This document shows positions 28,788-39,516 of a stretch of DNA of 64,000 nt, piece by piece. The stretch is from contig CAWHXY010000004.1 of NCBI GenBank assembly GCA_963833575.1, positions 224,001 through 288,000 of the forward strand, given 5' to 3'. The translations under genes were made by a program, and so were the position numbers. This DNA is from Candidatus Bathyarchaeota archaeon (GTDB lineage: Archaea; Thermoproteota; Bathyarchaeia; Bathyarchaeales; Bathycorpusculaceae). Every line of letters begins with the position of its first letter. Position 1 is the stretch's first letter. The notes under the pieces were generated by a model. It saw nothing but the letters and a program-made list of their open reading frames with translations, did no database searches and had not been told where the DNA came from.

Positions 28788-29348
28788 ATGAGTAACAAGC
28801 AAACCACAACGACCGATTCTACTGGTTTTGCTCCATCTGCCGCATTCAAAATTGCAGCAGCCGCAATCTTTGCCGCCCTCGTTGCAGCAGCCACACTCTT
28901 GTTTGTGGTTCCTATACCAGCTACAACCGGGTATTTCAACCTTGGAGAGACACTGATCTATATTGCGGCTTTACTGTTTGGACCACTAGTGGGAGCGGTA
29001 GCCGGTGCAGGAGCAACAATCGCAGATGTCCTTGTAGCCGCACAATATGCCCCAGGAACCTTTGCAATAAAAGCAATTGAAGGTTTCCTCGTTGGTTTTC
29101 TAAGCAAAAAACTTAACAGAAAGATTCAAAACATCACCGTAAGCGCATCTATAGCTATTGTTATTGGCGGGTTTGAGATGGTTATAGGATATTTCTTCTA
29201 CGAAACACTTGTTTTAGGATACCCATTTGCTTTGGCACTTGTTGAAGTCCCATTAAACATCGTACAGATGCTCATTGGCTTAATGATAGCTGTGCCTGTG
29301 ATGCATGCGGTTATGCGTGTTTTCCCACAGCTTAAAAGCTCGATTTAA
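28788..29348 (+). CDS. ECF transporter S component
   Basis: PIPATTGYFNLGE, LFGP..GA..G...AD, APGTFAIKAIEG. Confidence 0.9.
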   Translation: MSNKQTTTTDSTGFAPSAAFKIAAAAIFAALVAAATLLFVVPIPATTGYFNLGETLIYIAALLFGPLVGAVAGAGATIADVLVAAQYAPGTFAIKAIEGFLVGFLSKKLNRKIQNITVSASIAIVIGGFEMVIGYFFYETLVLGYPFALALVEVPLNIVQMLIGLMIAVPVMHAVMRVFPQLKSSI

Positions 29349-29361
29349 CAAAGGTTAAGTT

Positions 29362-30369
29362 ATGAAACTACCACCTGGAAAAATTCCAATAGACATCTTA
29401 AAAGAAGTGGTTTTCAAAAATTTAGGCACAGAACGTAGCGAAGTCCTTTTGGGCCCAGCTGCGGGAGTTGACGGAGCAGTACTTGATGTTGGAACCAAAA
29501 ACGCCATCGTTTCCATGGACCCAATCACGGGCGCAGTGGAACGTATCGGATGGGAAGCAATCAACATAAACGCTAACGACGTAGCCACCTTCGGGGTTGA
29601 ACCAGCTTTTTTCTTCTCATGCCTGCTCCTACCCGAGCACGCCGACAGCAAAATCGTTGAGATCATAAGCACCCAGATGCACGCGGCCGCAAAAAAGCTC
29701 GGAATAGCCATCGTCGGAGGACACGCAGAATCAACACCGGGACTCACTAACCCAATTGTGGTCGGCTGCATCATGGGCTTAACAGAAAAAGGCAAATACG
29801 TCACAGCAGCAGGAGCAAAAACTGGCGACAAACTCATTCTTACCAAAAGCGCAGGCATCGAAGGCACTGCTATATTAGCTACTGACCGTGAAGAACAATT
29901 GAAAAATGTCTTCAATGCCACTCTTCTTGAGAGCGCCAAAAACTTCTACAATCAAATTAGCGTAGTTAAAGATGCGTTAACCGCTTACAAAACAGGTGGA
30001 GTACATGCCATGCATGACCCTACAGAGGGCGGAGTCCTGAACGGTATTCATGAAATGGCGGATGCTGCAAGCTTGGGCATCAGAGTTTTTGAAGAGAAGA
30101 TCACTGTTGAACCTGAAACCGCTAAAATATGCCGTTACTATGAGATTGATCCATTGCAGTTGATAAGTTCGGGGGCACTTCTTATTGCGGCAAAGCCTCA
30201 AGCAGCAGATAAAATTGTTGATGCCTTGTGCCAAGAACACATTTATGCTGATATCATCGGCGAATTTGATCCGAATCCAAACAAACGCATACTTATGCAC
30301 AAGGATGACTCTGCGGAGATACTGCCAAGACCAATATCAGACCATATATGGATGGCATTATCGCGCTGA
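29362..30369 (+). CDS. AIR synthase-related (PurM/HypE-like) protein
   Basis: DPITGA, NANDVA, GGHAE, MHDPTEGG, LISSG; lacks the C-terminal PRIC of HypE. Confidence 0.88.
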   Translation: MKLPPGKIPIDILKEVVFKNLGTERSEVLLGPAAGVDGAVLDVGTKNAIVSMDPITGAVERIGWEAININANDVATFGVEPAFFFSCLLLPEHADSKIVEIISTQMHAAAKKLGIAIVGGHAESTPGLTNPIVVGCIMGLTEKGKYVTAAGAKTGDKLILTKSAGIEGTAILATDREEQLKNVFNATLLESAKNFYNQISVVKDALTAYKTGGVHAMHDPTEGGVLNGIHEMADAASLGIRVFEEKITVEPETAKICRYYEIDPLQLISSGALLIAAKPQAADKIVDALCQEHIYADIIGEFDPNPNKRILMHKDDSAEILPRPISDHIWMALSR

Positions 30370-30431
30370 AAACCCGTCATTAAATCAACCATTTATTTAA
30401 GAAGAATTATCAAAAACCCTAAGAAGTGTAT

Positions 30432-33400
30432 TTAATGCTGCCTTGGCTTTAGAAGGTCTTGGAATTCAGGGTTAGTTTCACCATATTTCTCTTGGATTGC
30501 ACGGTTTATGCGTAGCCAATCTTCAATTGCTAACGGCCAAGTTTTACTCGGAATAACCTGTTTTGTTACATACTCTTTGATTGACGGTATCCTTTTGATT
30601 ACCTGATTATGCCAATCAACATCAATTAATCCGCCGCGACGCAGGTATTGCAAACTCTGATAAACCCTATCTGTTTCAATGGGGTAGTTTAGGCTTCCAG
30701 TCAAATCTTGAATTAGAGAATTGAAGGAAATCTCGTTCTCTGGACGCAGACATATGACGGCAGCGGTGTCTTGTACCAATCGCGCGCTCCTGCTCAAATA
30801 GAAAGATTTTCTTTTCGGAACAAGCGTTTGCTCAATCCGGTATGCATGTCGTTTATAGAACCATTTCTTGACTACTTCTGCCAACAACAGATATGTAACA
30901 ACCATCAGCACCAATAGGACATAGAACAATGGTGGGAGAGGCGCAAACTTAAACACTGGACCTATCGGCGTATACGGTATTACTAATGCTGCAGCAACAA
31001 CTGATAAACTACTAATTGCTAAGTACTTACCAATTCTGCTCTTCCAGAACGGCGATTGTCTTGTTCTAATGACAAACACTACGAGTGTTTGGGTGCAAAG
31101 GGATTCCACGAACCAAGCAGTTTGGAATTGTGATTGTTGGAAAAGTGTTGCCAATGGAATTCCTGAGGCTGAAACACCCAGCGGGATGCCAAAAATGAAG
31201 ACCATTATGAAGAATGTTGCGTAATCGAAAATGGAGCTAATGGGTCCTTCAACTACCATGAAATTTCTGATGAAAGATATATCCCATCTCTTGGGGCGCT
31301 CAAGGTATTCTTCATCGACATGGTCTGTTGCAATTGTTGTTTGGGAGAGTGTGTAGAGAAGGTTGTTTAACAATATCTGAATGGATAACATAGGTAGGAA
31401 GGGCAAAAATAATGCTGCTCCCGCTACGCTGAACATATTGCCAAAGTTTGAGCTTATACCCATCATTACATATTTCATTGTGTTGCCAAAGGTTTTTCTG
31501 CCCTCAGTGACACCCTGAGCTAATACAGTCAAATCATTTTCCAAAAGGATAATATCTGCAGCTTCTTTTGCAACATCCACTGCGTTATTAACAGAAACAC
31601 CAACATCAGATGTTTTCAAGGAAGGCGCATCATTGATTCCGTCGCCCATGAAACCAACAACGTGTCCGTTGTCCTTTAGTAAATTAATTATTCTGTCTTT
31701 TTGGACAGGGGTTACTCGAGCGAATACGTTGGCTTCTTCTACTACTCGAGCTAACGCATCATCTTGCATTTGAATCATTTCATTGCCAAGAACAACTCCT
31801 TTGATTTCGAAGCCCAGTTGCTCGCATACTTTTCTGGTTACTAGCTCATTGTCTCCAGTTAAGATTTTTAGTTCTATTCCTTCTTTGGCTAAAAGTCCTA
31901 TCGATTCCTTCGCGGTCTCTTTTGGTGGATCAAGAAAAGCGGTGAATCCAAGAAAAACCATCTCAGTTTCATCGTTAACAGAGTAAACTGATTTCTCTTC
32001 TCTGAGTTTTTTGTATGCGACCCCTAAAACTCTTAAGCCCTCAGCGCTAAGATCAAAATATTTTTGTTCAATTTTCTTTCGAATTTCATCGCTAATATCG
32101 TGAACAAGCCCGCCTAATTCGTAAAATGTTGAAACTTTCAGAATTTCTTCGGGTGCACCTTTAACGATGAAAAATCTTTGCCGTTCTTTTTCGACAACGA
32201 CTGAAACTCGTCTCCGCACGAAATCGAATGGAACTTCATCAATTTTCTGGAAGTTTTCAAGGGTGATTTCCTTATGAATAAGAATTGCTTCGTCTAACGG
32301 ACTCTTCAATCCAGTTTGATAATAACTATTCAAATAAGAATACAATAGAACTTTGTCATCATCTTCACCTTCCACATCAACATGCATAACAAGAGATATT
32401 CGATTTTCAGTAAGCGTACCCGTTTTGTCTGTGCATAAGACGTTCATGCTGCCAAAGTTTTCGATGGAAGGCAAGTGTTTGACAATAACGCCTTTTTTTG
32501 ACATGTTTACGGCGCCTTTGGAAAGATTCATCGTGATAATCATAGGCAAAAGTTCTGGGGTCAAACCTACTGCTAAAGCTGCCGCGAAGAGCAAAGATTC
32601 TATAATGCCACGATGAAAAAGCGCAAGGACAATAAAAACAAAGAGAATGAGGACAAATGTTACTTGCATTATGAGATAACTAAAACCTTTCACACCCCGC
32701 TCAAATTCGGTTTCAGGCGGTTTTGTAACAAGTTTCTTAGCGATTTTACCATATTCTGTTGAGCCGCCGGTCTTAATGACAACAGCTATGGCTGAACCGC
32801 TTACTGTCGACGTGCCCATAAACAAGTAATTGTTCCATTCAGTTATCGAACCTGACTGGAGATTTATTGACTCTAGCTTGTTAGGTGTCTTTTCAACTGG
32901 GAAGGATTCCCCTGTAAGAGCACTTTGGTTAATGAAAAGGTCTTTGGCATTGATTATTCTTGCATCTGCTGGAGCAATGTCTCCAGCAGACAAATAAACT
33001 ATGTCACCTGGAACAATCTGCGAAAGCTTGAGTTCCTTCTTTGCATTATCGCGAAGTACTGTAGCGGTGGTGCTGACTTTTTCTTTAAGCAGTTCAGCAG
33101 CGTTCTCCGCTTTAGATTCTTGATAGTGATCAATGCCGACGCTGATTAATACGATAATGAATATGATGCTGAAGTCTGGAATATCGCCTGTTGCACCTGC
33201 GAATACCGATGCGGCCAAAAGTATAATGATCAAGGGACTTTTGAAGTGAAGAAGAAAACTTACTATGGCAGAACGCTTTTGTTTTCTAGCCAATTCGTTA
33301 GTGCCATAAACATTTAGCCTTCGCTCTGCTTCTTCAGAACTCAAACCCTTGGGTGAAGTCACCAAACGAGTCATTAACTCGTCCGCTGGCAGAGTTAACA

Positions 33401-33488
33401 CTTCTTCGGTGGTTACAGTAGGCTGCGCTAAAGGGACATTTTCTTTAACTGTGAATATTTCTGGATTTCTATGCTCGTCATCAGCCAC
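30432..33488 (-). CDS. mgtA: Magnesium-translocating P-type ATPase with C-terminal extension
   Basis: TGES, GLTPELLP, DKTGTLT, FDFVRRR, GDGINDAP, SSNFGNMFS. Confidence 0.93.
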   Translation of the reverse strand: MADDEHRNPEIFTVKENVPLAQPTVTTEEVLTLPADELMTRLVTSPKGLSSEEAERRLNVYGTNELARKQKRSAIVSFLLHFKSPLIIILLAASVFAGATGDIPDFSIIFIIVLISVGIDHYQESKAENAAELLKEKVSTTATVLRDNAKKELKLSQIVPGDIVYLSAGDIAPADARIINAKDLFINQSALTGESFPVEKTPNKLESINLQSGSITEWNNYLFMGTSTVSGSAIAVVIKTGGSTEYGKIAKKLVTKPPETEFERGVKGFSYLIMQVTFVLILFVFIVLALFHRGIIESLLFAAALAVGLTPELLPMIITMNLSKGAVNMSKKGVIVKHLPSIENFGSMNVLCTDKTGTLTENRISLVMHVDVEGEDDDKVLLYSYLNSYYQTGLKSPLDEAILIHKEITLENFQKIDEVPFDFVRRRVSVVVEKERQRFFIVKGAPEEILKVSTFYELGGLVHDISDEIRKKIEQKYFDLSAEGLRVLGVAYKKLREEKSVYSVNDETEMVFLGFTAFLDPPKETAKESIGLLAKEGIELKILTGDNELVTRKVCEQLGFEIKGVVLGNEMIQMQDDALARVVEEANVFARVTPVQKDRIINLLKDNGHVVGFMGDGINDAPSLKTSDVGVSVNNAVDVAKEAADIILLENDLTVLAQGVTEGRKTFGNTMKYVMMGISSNFGNMFSVAGAALFLPFLPMLSIQILLNNLLYTLSQTTIATDHVDEEYLERPKRWDISFIRNFMVVEGPISSIFDYATFFIMVFIFGIPLGVSASGIPLATLFQQSQFQTAWFVESLCTQTLVVFVIRTRQSPFWKSRIGKYLAISSLSVVAAALVIPYTPIGPVFKFAPLPPLFYVLLVLMVVTYLLLAEVVKKWFYKRHAYRIEQTLVPKRKSFYLSRSARLVQDTAAVICLRPENEISFNSLIQDLTGSLNYPIETDRVYQSLQYLRRGGLIDVDWHNQVIKRIPSIKEYVTKQVIPSKTWPLAIEDWLRINRAIQEKYGETNPEFQDLLKPRQH

Positions 33489-33613
33489 GTTTTTCTCCGC
33501 CAGTGCTCACTCAACAAGAGCGAAGCCAACCTATCAATACCAGAAATATCATTCTTAAAAACAGTTCCTAACTAACATCAAATTAAGTTGAGTTAATTAT
33601 CAAAAAAAGAAAA

Positions 33614-34726
33614 TTGGTTAATGCGGATAATTGTTTTTATAGTTCTAACCAAGATACACTAACAACAAGAAAGCGGCTAGTGATAACCTATTTGAGGACA
33701 GCTATGAAAAAAGCAGCATCAATAGCAACACGAGCCCTTACTCCCGGTAAGCCTCACCATGCTCAATGGTTAATCACGAGAAAATGCAACTTCCGCTGTG
33801 CAGGTTGCAATGTCTGGAAAGAACAAGATCCAAGGGAACTTGAAACAGACGAAATAAAGAAAGGACTAGATATTCTTAAAAAACTTGGCGTAGTTGAACT
33901 TGTGCTGTCAGGCGGAGAGCCGCTATTTAGGGATGATATAGGCGAAATACTTGATTATGCTTCAAAGAGTTTTGTTACAACTGTCTGTGATAATGGAAGC
34001 ATGGCTGCCAAAAAAATTGACACATTACGAAATGTAGATTTTGTCGCAATTTCGATTGATAGCTTAGATGAAGCAAAAAACGATTCCATAAAAGCAGTGC
34101 CGGGCGCATGGAAAATGGCAATGGAAGCCGTTGAATACCTTCACAAAGAGGGAATTGGCGTTAGTGTTACTCCAACAATTTCACAAAAAAATCTCTGTGA
34201 AATAGTGGATATTACTAATTATTTTACTCAAAAAGGTATTCCAGTCTGGTATTGTCTTTATTCATACGATGTTTCAATTGATGAAAAACAACTTTTTAGG
34301 ATTGGGAATGCAAACGACGAGTTCGTTATAAAAGATAATCAAGCAATTGTTAAACTTTGCAATTCCTTAATTGAAATGAAAAGAAAAAATAAAAAAATTC
34401 TTATGACTAATAAACTTCTGAAAACTGTAAGAAGCCTATATGGCGAAGAAGGGAGAACCTGGAAATGCCAAGCACTTGGCAACTTTCTAGTAGTTGACCA
34501 TTTAGGAAGAATTGCGGGATGTCATAGTCACAATTTTGCTGCATCAATATTTGATTTGCCAAAGAAATGGAGCAGCCAAGAATTTAACCAATTACGGGAA
34601 ACGTACTATAACTGCACGCAATGCAGCTACTTATGTTATGTTTTCTATTCTCTTCAAGGAAGCCCATCGGGCTATCTATCGTTGGCTTTAGACCAGTGGA
34701 AAAACGCAAAACTAATTTTCAAATAA
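33614..34726 (+). CDS. Radical SAM protein (SPASM/twitch-like C-terminus)
   Basis: CNFRCAGC, SGGEPL, C-terminal CxxC. Real start is probably ~33680-33704. Confidence 0.88.
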   Translation: MVNADNCFYSSNQDTLTTRKRLVITYLRTAMKKAASIATRALTPGKPHHAQWLITRKCNFRCAGCNVWKEQDPRELETDEIKKGLDILKKLGVVELVLSGGEPLFRDDIGEILDYASKSFVTTVCDNGSMAAKKIDTLRNVDFVAISIDSLDEAKNDSIKAVPGAWKMAMEAVEYLHKEGIGVSVTPTISQKNLCEIVDITNYFTQKGIPVWYCLYSYDVSIDEKQLFRIGNANDEFVIKDNQAIVKLCNSLIEMKRKNKKILMTNKLLKTVRSLYGEEGRTWKCQALGNFLVVDHLGRIAGCHSHNFAASIFDLPKKWSSQEFNQLRETYYNCTQCSYLCYVFYSLQGSPSGYLSLALDQWKNAKLIFK

Positions 34727-34831
34727 GAATCTCGCGCTAGATTTGTGTTTCAAAGACAATTAAGTTGTTGTTTGCATTTTCAAGTTCCTCTGGAACTTTG
34801 TTCTGAAAGAAAAGTCTCGATCAAATCTGAA

Positions 34832-35440
34832 TTAGAAAGAAACTGAAATAACCATATTTCCTATTACTCTGCAGAGAACTTCAAAAACCTCATCGGCACT
34901 CAGATTATCTGTATCTAAAACCAGATCAAACGGAGCAAAATCTTCGTCCAAAGAAAAGCCGTAAAGCTTCTTGTAGATAGTTTTTGTTCTTTCTTCTTTT
35001 TCTTTCAAAACTTTGAATGCTTCGTTTACTGTTATCTTATCACGTTCGGCAACTCTGGCTGCTCTCTTTTCTATTGAAGCCAATAACCAAATTTTGAAGC
35101 CTTCCTTTAGCAACCAGGGCATAGTCCAACTGTCCAAGAGAACGTTTCCGTGCTGAGCATATTCTATGAGCTTGGCGTCTACTGCTTTGTCAAATTTAGG
35201 GTCATTTATCCGTTCACTTAGAAATTTTAAGCCTTCCGGGCTTTCCCACCAACCTTGACGAGACGAATCATAACCTTCTGCGGTGGCGAGTTCTTTGAGC
35301 GCATCGCCACCTGAATAACAGCTCAAATCATATTTTTCAGCAAGCTTTTTGGATAATGTGCTTTTTCCAGTTCCAGCCATACCTGAAATGCAAATCACTA
35401 TTTTCTTGCCAACAACGAAAGATTTTGTATTCTGATCCAT
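34832..35440 (-). CDS. cmk: Cytidylate kinase (archaeal)
   Basis: ISGMAGTGKST, RAARVAERD, YKKLYG; usual position after DUF106. Confidence 0.9.
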   Translation of the reverse strand: MDQNTKSFVVGKKIVICISGMAGTGKSTLSKKLAEKYDLSCYSGGDALKELATAEGYDSSRQGWWESPEGLKFLSERINDPKFDKAVDAKLIEYAQHGNVLLDSWTMPWLLKEGFKIWLLASIEKRAARVAERDKITVNEAFKVLKEKEERTKTIYKKLYGFSLDEDFAPFDLVLDTDNLSADEVFEVLCRVIGNMVISVSF

Positions 35441-35462
35441 TTAGCGCCACCATTGATCTCAA

Positions 35463-35978
35463 CTAAGGCTCAATAGGCATTATGCCTAGTATACGTGAAG
35501 AAAGCAAACCGAAGAAGAATGAGCAAATGGGGTACCAATAGAAAACAGGAATTCCGCTAGCAACGAACACATGGCCACTACCCGTTAGAGTTGCACTGGC
35601 GATTGTACCAATACCAGGGATGAAGGCCATCACTCTGCTTCCAAATGTGGGAGTCAAAACCAAAAACCAAACAATTAAGTAAACGAAAGAGATGCCAAAT
35701 TGAACCATTTGAGGCTTAACCATTTTAGCCTGCATATTTTTTACTTGCGACTCTTTCTTTTTAAGTTTCTCAACTTGCTTTTTATCGTTTGCTCGCATAG
35801 CTTTCATGGTTTCCGAACGATATTCAGCCATTTCTTTCTGCATTACGCGATATTGTTCCCATCCAACAAAATAATTGATCAGAACTCTGTTTATTCCAGA
35901 GTTTATGAACGCAATTATCGCTGAGATAACCATAATAATAATTGTTGCCAAAGGTAATGAAGTGACAGCTATAGACAT
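35463..35978 (-). CDS. EMC3/TMCO1 (DUF106) family membrane insertase
   Basis: TM, coiled coil, TM, FYWYPICSF; between secY and cmk. Confidence 0.88.
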   Translation of the reverse strand: MSIAVTSLPLATIIIMVISAIIAFINSGINRVLINYFVGWEQYRVMQKEMAEYRSETMKAMRANDKKQVEKLKKKESQVKNMQAKMVKPQMVQFGISFVYLIVWFLVLTPTFGSRVMAFIPGIGTIASATLTGSGHVFVASGIPVFYWYPICSFFFGLLSSRILGIMPIEP

Positions 35979-36255
35979 CTTTCTTTTCCTCTTAACTTTG
36001 TATGCGTATCTTGTTTCCTTGTTAATAACCGTTTTTACTCTTAGCCTTGGAACCTTTTTAACAAAAGCGTTTTTCTACTCTTAGTCTTGTTCTCTATGAG
36101 CTGCCTCGCTAACAGTTGCAATCGTATTAGAAAGGGGGCCATTCACAAGTTCTAAGATACAAAAATTTCGAGTTATTAAGAAAAAATCGCAAGGAGCAAC
36201 TGAGCCATTTAAGTTTAGTTATTACCAACTATTTGAAGCTGTAGTTTTGTTGGCG

Positions 36256-37689
36256 TTAGTCTCCAAGGATTCTTCTGAATGCTGGAAACATTTCGGCTGC
36301 TCTTTCGCGCATTAACAATTCATAGTACTGGTAAATTATGCCTACTGATAGCAAGATTCCTGTACCAGTGCCGAAAGCACCCAGGAAATCTGACATTCCC
36401 ACGACTAGCCCTACAATGATTCCGCCCAAAACAGTAACCACAGGAATATAACGTTTAAGGACAGCCTCAATTGGTCTTCCTGATCTGCGATAACCTGGAA
36501 TCTGCATGCCTGAGTCCATAAGCTGCTTAGCAACTTTCGCCGGTCCCAAACCACCAACTTCAAGCCAAATTAGTGAGAATACAGCGCAAAAAGCAACAAT
36601 AATGCCTAGGTAAGCAGCAGCCCTCAATGGGTCAAGCGCTACCTGATTAATGTTTGTTGGCGCCGTAACAAGGTAAGTAATGCCTCCTACAGGTGTAACA
36701 CTACCTGACGTTGCGTTAAATTTGAAGTCACCTATTATTTGGAATAAGAGGTTTGTTCCAGGAGCAGGGCGACCCATTTGGCTCCAAAGCAATTGGGCGA
36801 AAAAGTAAACGTTTGCAAACAGTGCTGAGGCAAAAATAACTGGAAGGTTTGAAACGTACAATAATTTAATTGGATACTTACTCCTGAACCCTTTGTACCC
36901 TGCATAACTCATTGGAAGCTCAATTCTAACACCATTTAAATAGATAACCAATAGAAACACACCAATAGTAGCAAAGAACCCAAGCAAAGACGGATAAACT
37001 CCATTGGCTGAACCAAAAATGTACACTATCGTTGCGTTTGCCCCGTTAAAGGGGTTAACATGACCTAAGAAAGCTGAAAGAGAGCCAACAAATAATCCCG
37101 TACTTGGCGAAAATGTATCCCAGACAACGGATTGAGCAACACCAGCCATGATGAATAAACTGATTCCACTGCCTAATCCCCAGCCTTTCTGGACAAGTTC
37201 ATCCATTAACATAACAACTACGCCTGTACCAATTAGTTGAAGTAAAATAACTAAAGCAATTGGCCCAGAAATCGCGCCGTACATGCCGCTTATGATGTAT
37301 GCTACCGCCTGAATTGCGGTAAGAATAACTGTGAATACTTTACTTGCAGAAGTGAATAGTCCCCTATCTTCAGGGTCAGACATATCACATTGAATAATGT
37401 TGGAGCCAGCAAGCAACTGCAAAATCAAACCTGCTGTAACAATAGGCCCAATACCTAATTCCATCAAGGTTCCGCGGTTGGAAGCAAAAATAACTCTTAA
37501 TGAACTAAATTGATCTTGTGCGGACGCTGCAACCCCATAAAGTGGAATCTGGGTCATTACAAGGAAAATAATTAAAACAAGCGCTGTCCAGAAGATTTTC
37601 TCGTTAAAACTGACTTTTCGCTCGGGCTTTTTAATTTCAGGCAGAACTCTGCCGAGTGGTTTAAAAAGACCGAGGAATCTTCCGGGCAT
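36256..37689 (-). CDS. secY: Preprotein translocase subunit SecY
   Basis: GTLMELGIGPIVTAG, KGWGLGSGISLFI, YPIKLLYVSN, GTGILLSVGI. Confidence 0.98.
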   Translation of the reverse strand: MPGRFLGLFKPLGRVLPEIKKPERKVSFNEKIFWTALVLIIFLVMTQIPLYGVAASAQDQFSSLRVIFASNRGTLMELGIGPIVTAGLILQLLAGSNIIQCDMSDPEDRGLFTSASKVFTVILTAIQAVAYIISGMYGAISGPIALVILLQLIGTGVVVMLMDELVQKGWGLGSGISLFIMAGVAQSVVWDTFSPSTGLFVGSLSAFLGHVNPFNGANATIVYIFGSANGVYPSLLGFFATIGVFLLVIYLNGVRIELPMSYAGYKGFRSKYPIKLLYVSNLPVIFASALFANVYFFAQLLWSQMGRPAPGTNLLFQIIGDFKFNATSGSVTPVGGITYLVTAPTNINQVALDPLRAAAYLGIIVAFCAVFSLIWLEVGGLGPAKVAKQLMDSGMQIPGYRRSGRPIEAVLKRYIPVVTVLGGIIVGLVVGMSDFLGAFGTGTGILLSVGIIYQYYELLMRERAAEMFPAFRRILGD

Positions 37690-37698
37690 TTAGCAGCT

Positions 37699-38124
37699 TT
37701 ACTCTCCGTTAGCTTGGGAGCTTATGATTTCTCCGCCAGCTTCCTTGATCTTCTCAGCTGCCGATTTTGAGTATGAGGCCACCTGCACGATTAGGGGTTT
37801 AGTAATCACACCTGTTCCAAGAAGCTTTGTGAAGCCCAAAGCAGTCAAGTTAATTTGAGGCTTTTCCCCCTGGCTTGTTCGCGCTATTTCATCTACCTTT
37901 TTGAGGTTTACCGTGTTTTCGTGACGATGTAGGCTTTGAGGTGAAGTAAATCCGTTTTTACCAAAGTAGTCAGGCTCATGAGTAACAACCCAGCTCCACA
38001 GGTGCTTGTGTCTTCCAACTTTTCTATGCCCTTTGGAGCCACTGTCTCGGTGTTGACCTATTCTACCGTAGCCCTGTGTTCGTGAACCTCTAAATTTACG
38101 TATTTTTCTAAGTTTATGCGGCAT
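37699..38124 (-). CDS. rpl15: 50S ribosomal protein uL15
   Basis: RKFRGSRTQGYG, FGKNGF, KLLGTG, SAAEKIKEAGG. Confidence 0.95.
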   Translation of the reverse strand: MPHKLRKIRKFRGSRTQGYGRIGQHRDSGSKGHRKVGRHKHLWSWVVTHEPDYFGKNGFTSPQSLHRHENTVNLKKVDEIARTSQGEKPQINLTALGFTKLLGTGVITKPLIVQVASYSKSAAEKIKEAGGEIISSQANGE

Positions 38125-38530
38125 TTTGATCAGCTTCTTTGTTTATTGTTGTTTCAGCTTTCTTGAGTTTAATTTCAAGCACACCATTCTTGAATTTGGT
38201 ATACATGATGTCTGGAATCACTACCTTCGGAAGATTTAAACTTTTATAGTACCTGCGGTCTTTCGATTTGGCCGACAGCGTAAGTTTCTGATCTTTCACA
38301 TGAATTTTGAGAGTATCCTTATTAAAGCCTGCGATTTCAGCAACAATTGTTATGAAGTTGCTCTCCTGGAATATATCTATTAGTGGTTTTGGCTCTTTCA
38401 GCTTACGTTCTGAATGACTTTTAAATTGACGGAAACTTTGAGGGGTAGGCACTGACTTAACATGATAAGCATGCTCTGGTTTGGTTACTAATTTTTTAGT
38501 CTTTGCCGCTGGATGTTTGAATCCAATCAA
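38114..38530 (-). CDS. Hsp20/alpha-crystallin family protein
   Basis: PLIDIFQE...IVAEIAG...YYKSLNLP...FKNGVLEIKL; 3' end overlaps the rpl15 start. Confidence 0.85.
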   Translation of the reverse strand: MIGFKHPAAKTKKLVTKPEHAYHVKSVPTPQSFRQFKSHSERKLKEPKPLIDIFQESNFITIVAEIAGFNKDTLKIHVKDQKLTLSAKSKDRRYYKSLNLPKVVIPDIMYTKFKNGVLEIKLKKAETTINKEADQNAA

Positions 38531-39027
38531 TTTACGGTTTTTTGTGGTTCTTCGCCATTTTGTGCTCAGGTCTTTCCCCTCCGATTAACTAACGGATTTC
38601 TTCAGAGGTATTATAAAACGTATCGCACATAAAGAGCAAGAAAACAGGATTAGGACATAAAGCAATTTACCAATGAAAATGATGAGTCCATGCTTATTTT
38701 TGTTAGATTGGTAGCACGACTCCGATTTGATAGCAAAAAACAAAAATTAAATTCCGCTTTCTTTTTGATTTAAGTGAAGAGTTAATGGCTCAGCCAACAT
38801 TTAGAATTGCTGCTTTTTTTCTTCCGTGCACAATTATGATTTGGCGGATTCATAATAGTTAGGACATTATCAGAATAATTAGCGTTTTTATAACACCTGA
38901 AAATAATCAATTTCTCCTTTAGGCAAATAATTGATTTCCAACAAACTAATGTTTTTAACGAACTAAACTAGCTAGCCTAAACTGATTAAAAAGTTTAAAG
39001 AACAAAAAATGACAGCAAAAGCTGGCT

Positions 39028-39516
39028 TTAGACCATGCGTTTTACTAAGTCGTTTATTGCTTCTCCGCGGTAGCCTGCTTCGCCACCTGCTTTAAAGCCT
39101 TTTTTGGTTTTACCCTTGTATCCTTTGCTTGGCGGATGCAACTTGAACCTTGGCTCAATGTCAGGGAGTTTTTGGAATTGTACTTTGCAACTTACGATAG
39201 CTTCTGCGAGGTCATCGATTGTTTTGTAGCCTACTTTCTGGACGTATTCTTCTGTTATTTTTTTGTCGCCGGCTAATCTTGCGCGTTTCTGCAGCATCAT
39301 AGCAACGGTTTCTTTTGTGGGTTCGCCATATGTGATATAACTATTTACACGCTGAAGCATTCCTTTGTAGGCTGCACGACCATCAATAAGCACTGCATGG
39401 TTTGTGTGACCTAAATGGAGGAAGTCAAGAGTTTCTCTCGTTTCTTTTTGTGCCCTTACGGTTCCTCTGATTTTGACGACTACTAGGCATTTGCAGTCCT
39501 TAGTTTCTTGCGTCAT
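39028..39516 (-). CDS. rpl30: 50S ribosomal protein uL30
   Basis: VVKIRG, YITYGEP, FKLHPPSKG, GYRGEAINDL. Confidence 0.96.
   Translation of the reverse strand: MTQETKDCKCLVVVKIRGTVRAQKETRETLDFLHLGHTNHAVLIDGRAAYKGMLQRVNSYITYGEPTKETVAMMLQKRARLAGDKKITEEYVQKVGYKTIDDLAEAIVSCKVQFQKLPDIEPRFKLHPPSKGYKGKTKKGFKAGGEAGYRGEAINDLVKRMV

Noticed and set aside
29362-30369. Second hypE
   Set aside because: Lacks the C-terminal PRIC cysteine; kept as AIR synthase-related.
38950-39020. Possible highly degenerate element copy downstream of rpl30
   Set aside because: Only A-tract similarity; indistinguishable from AT-rich background.
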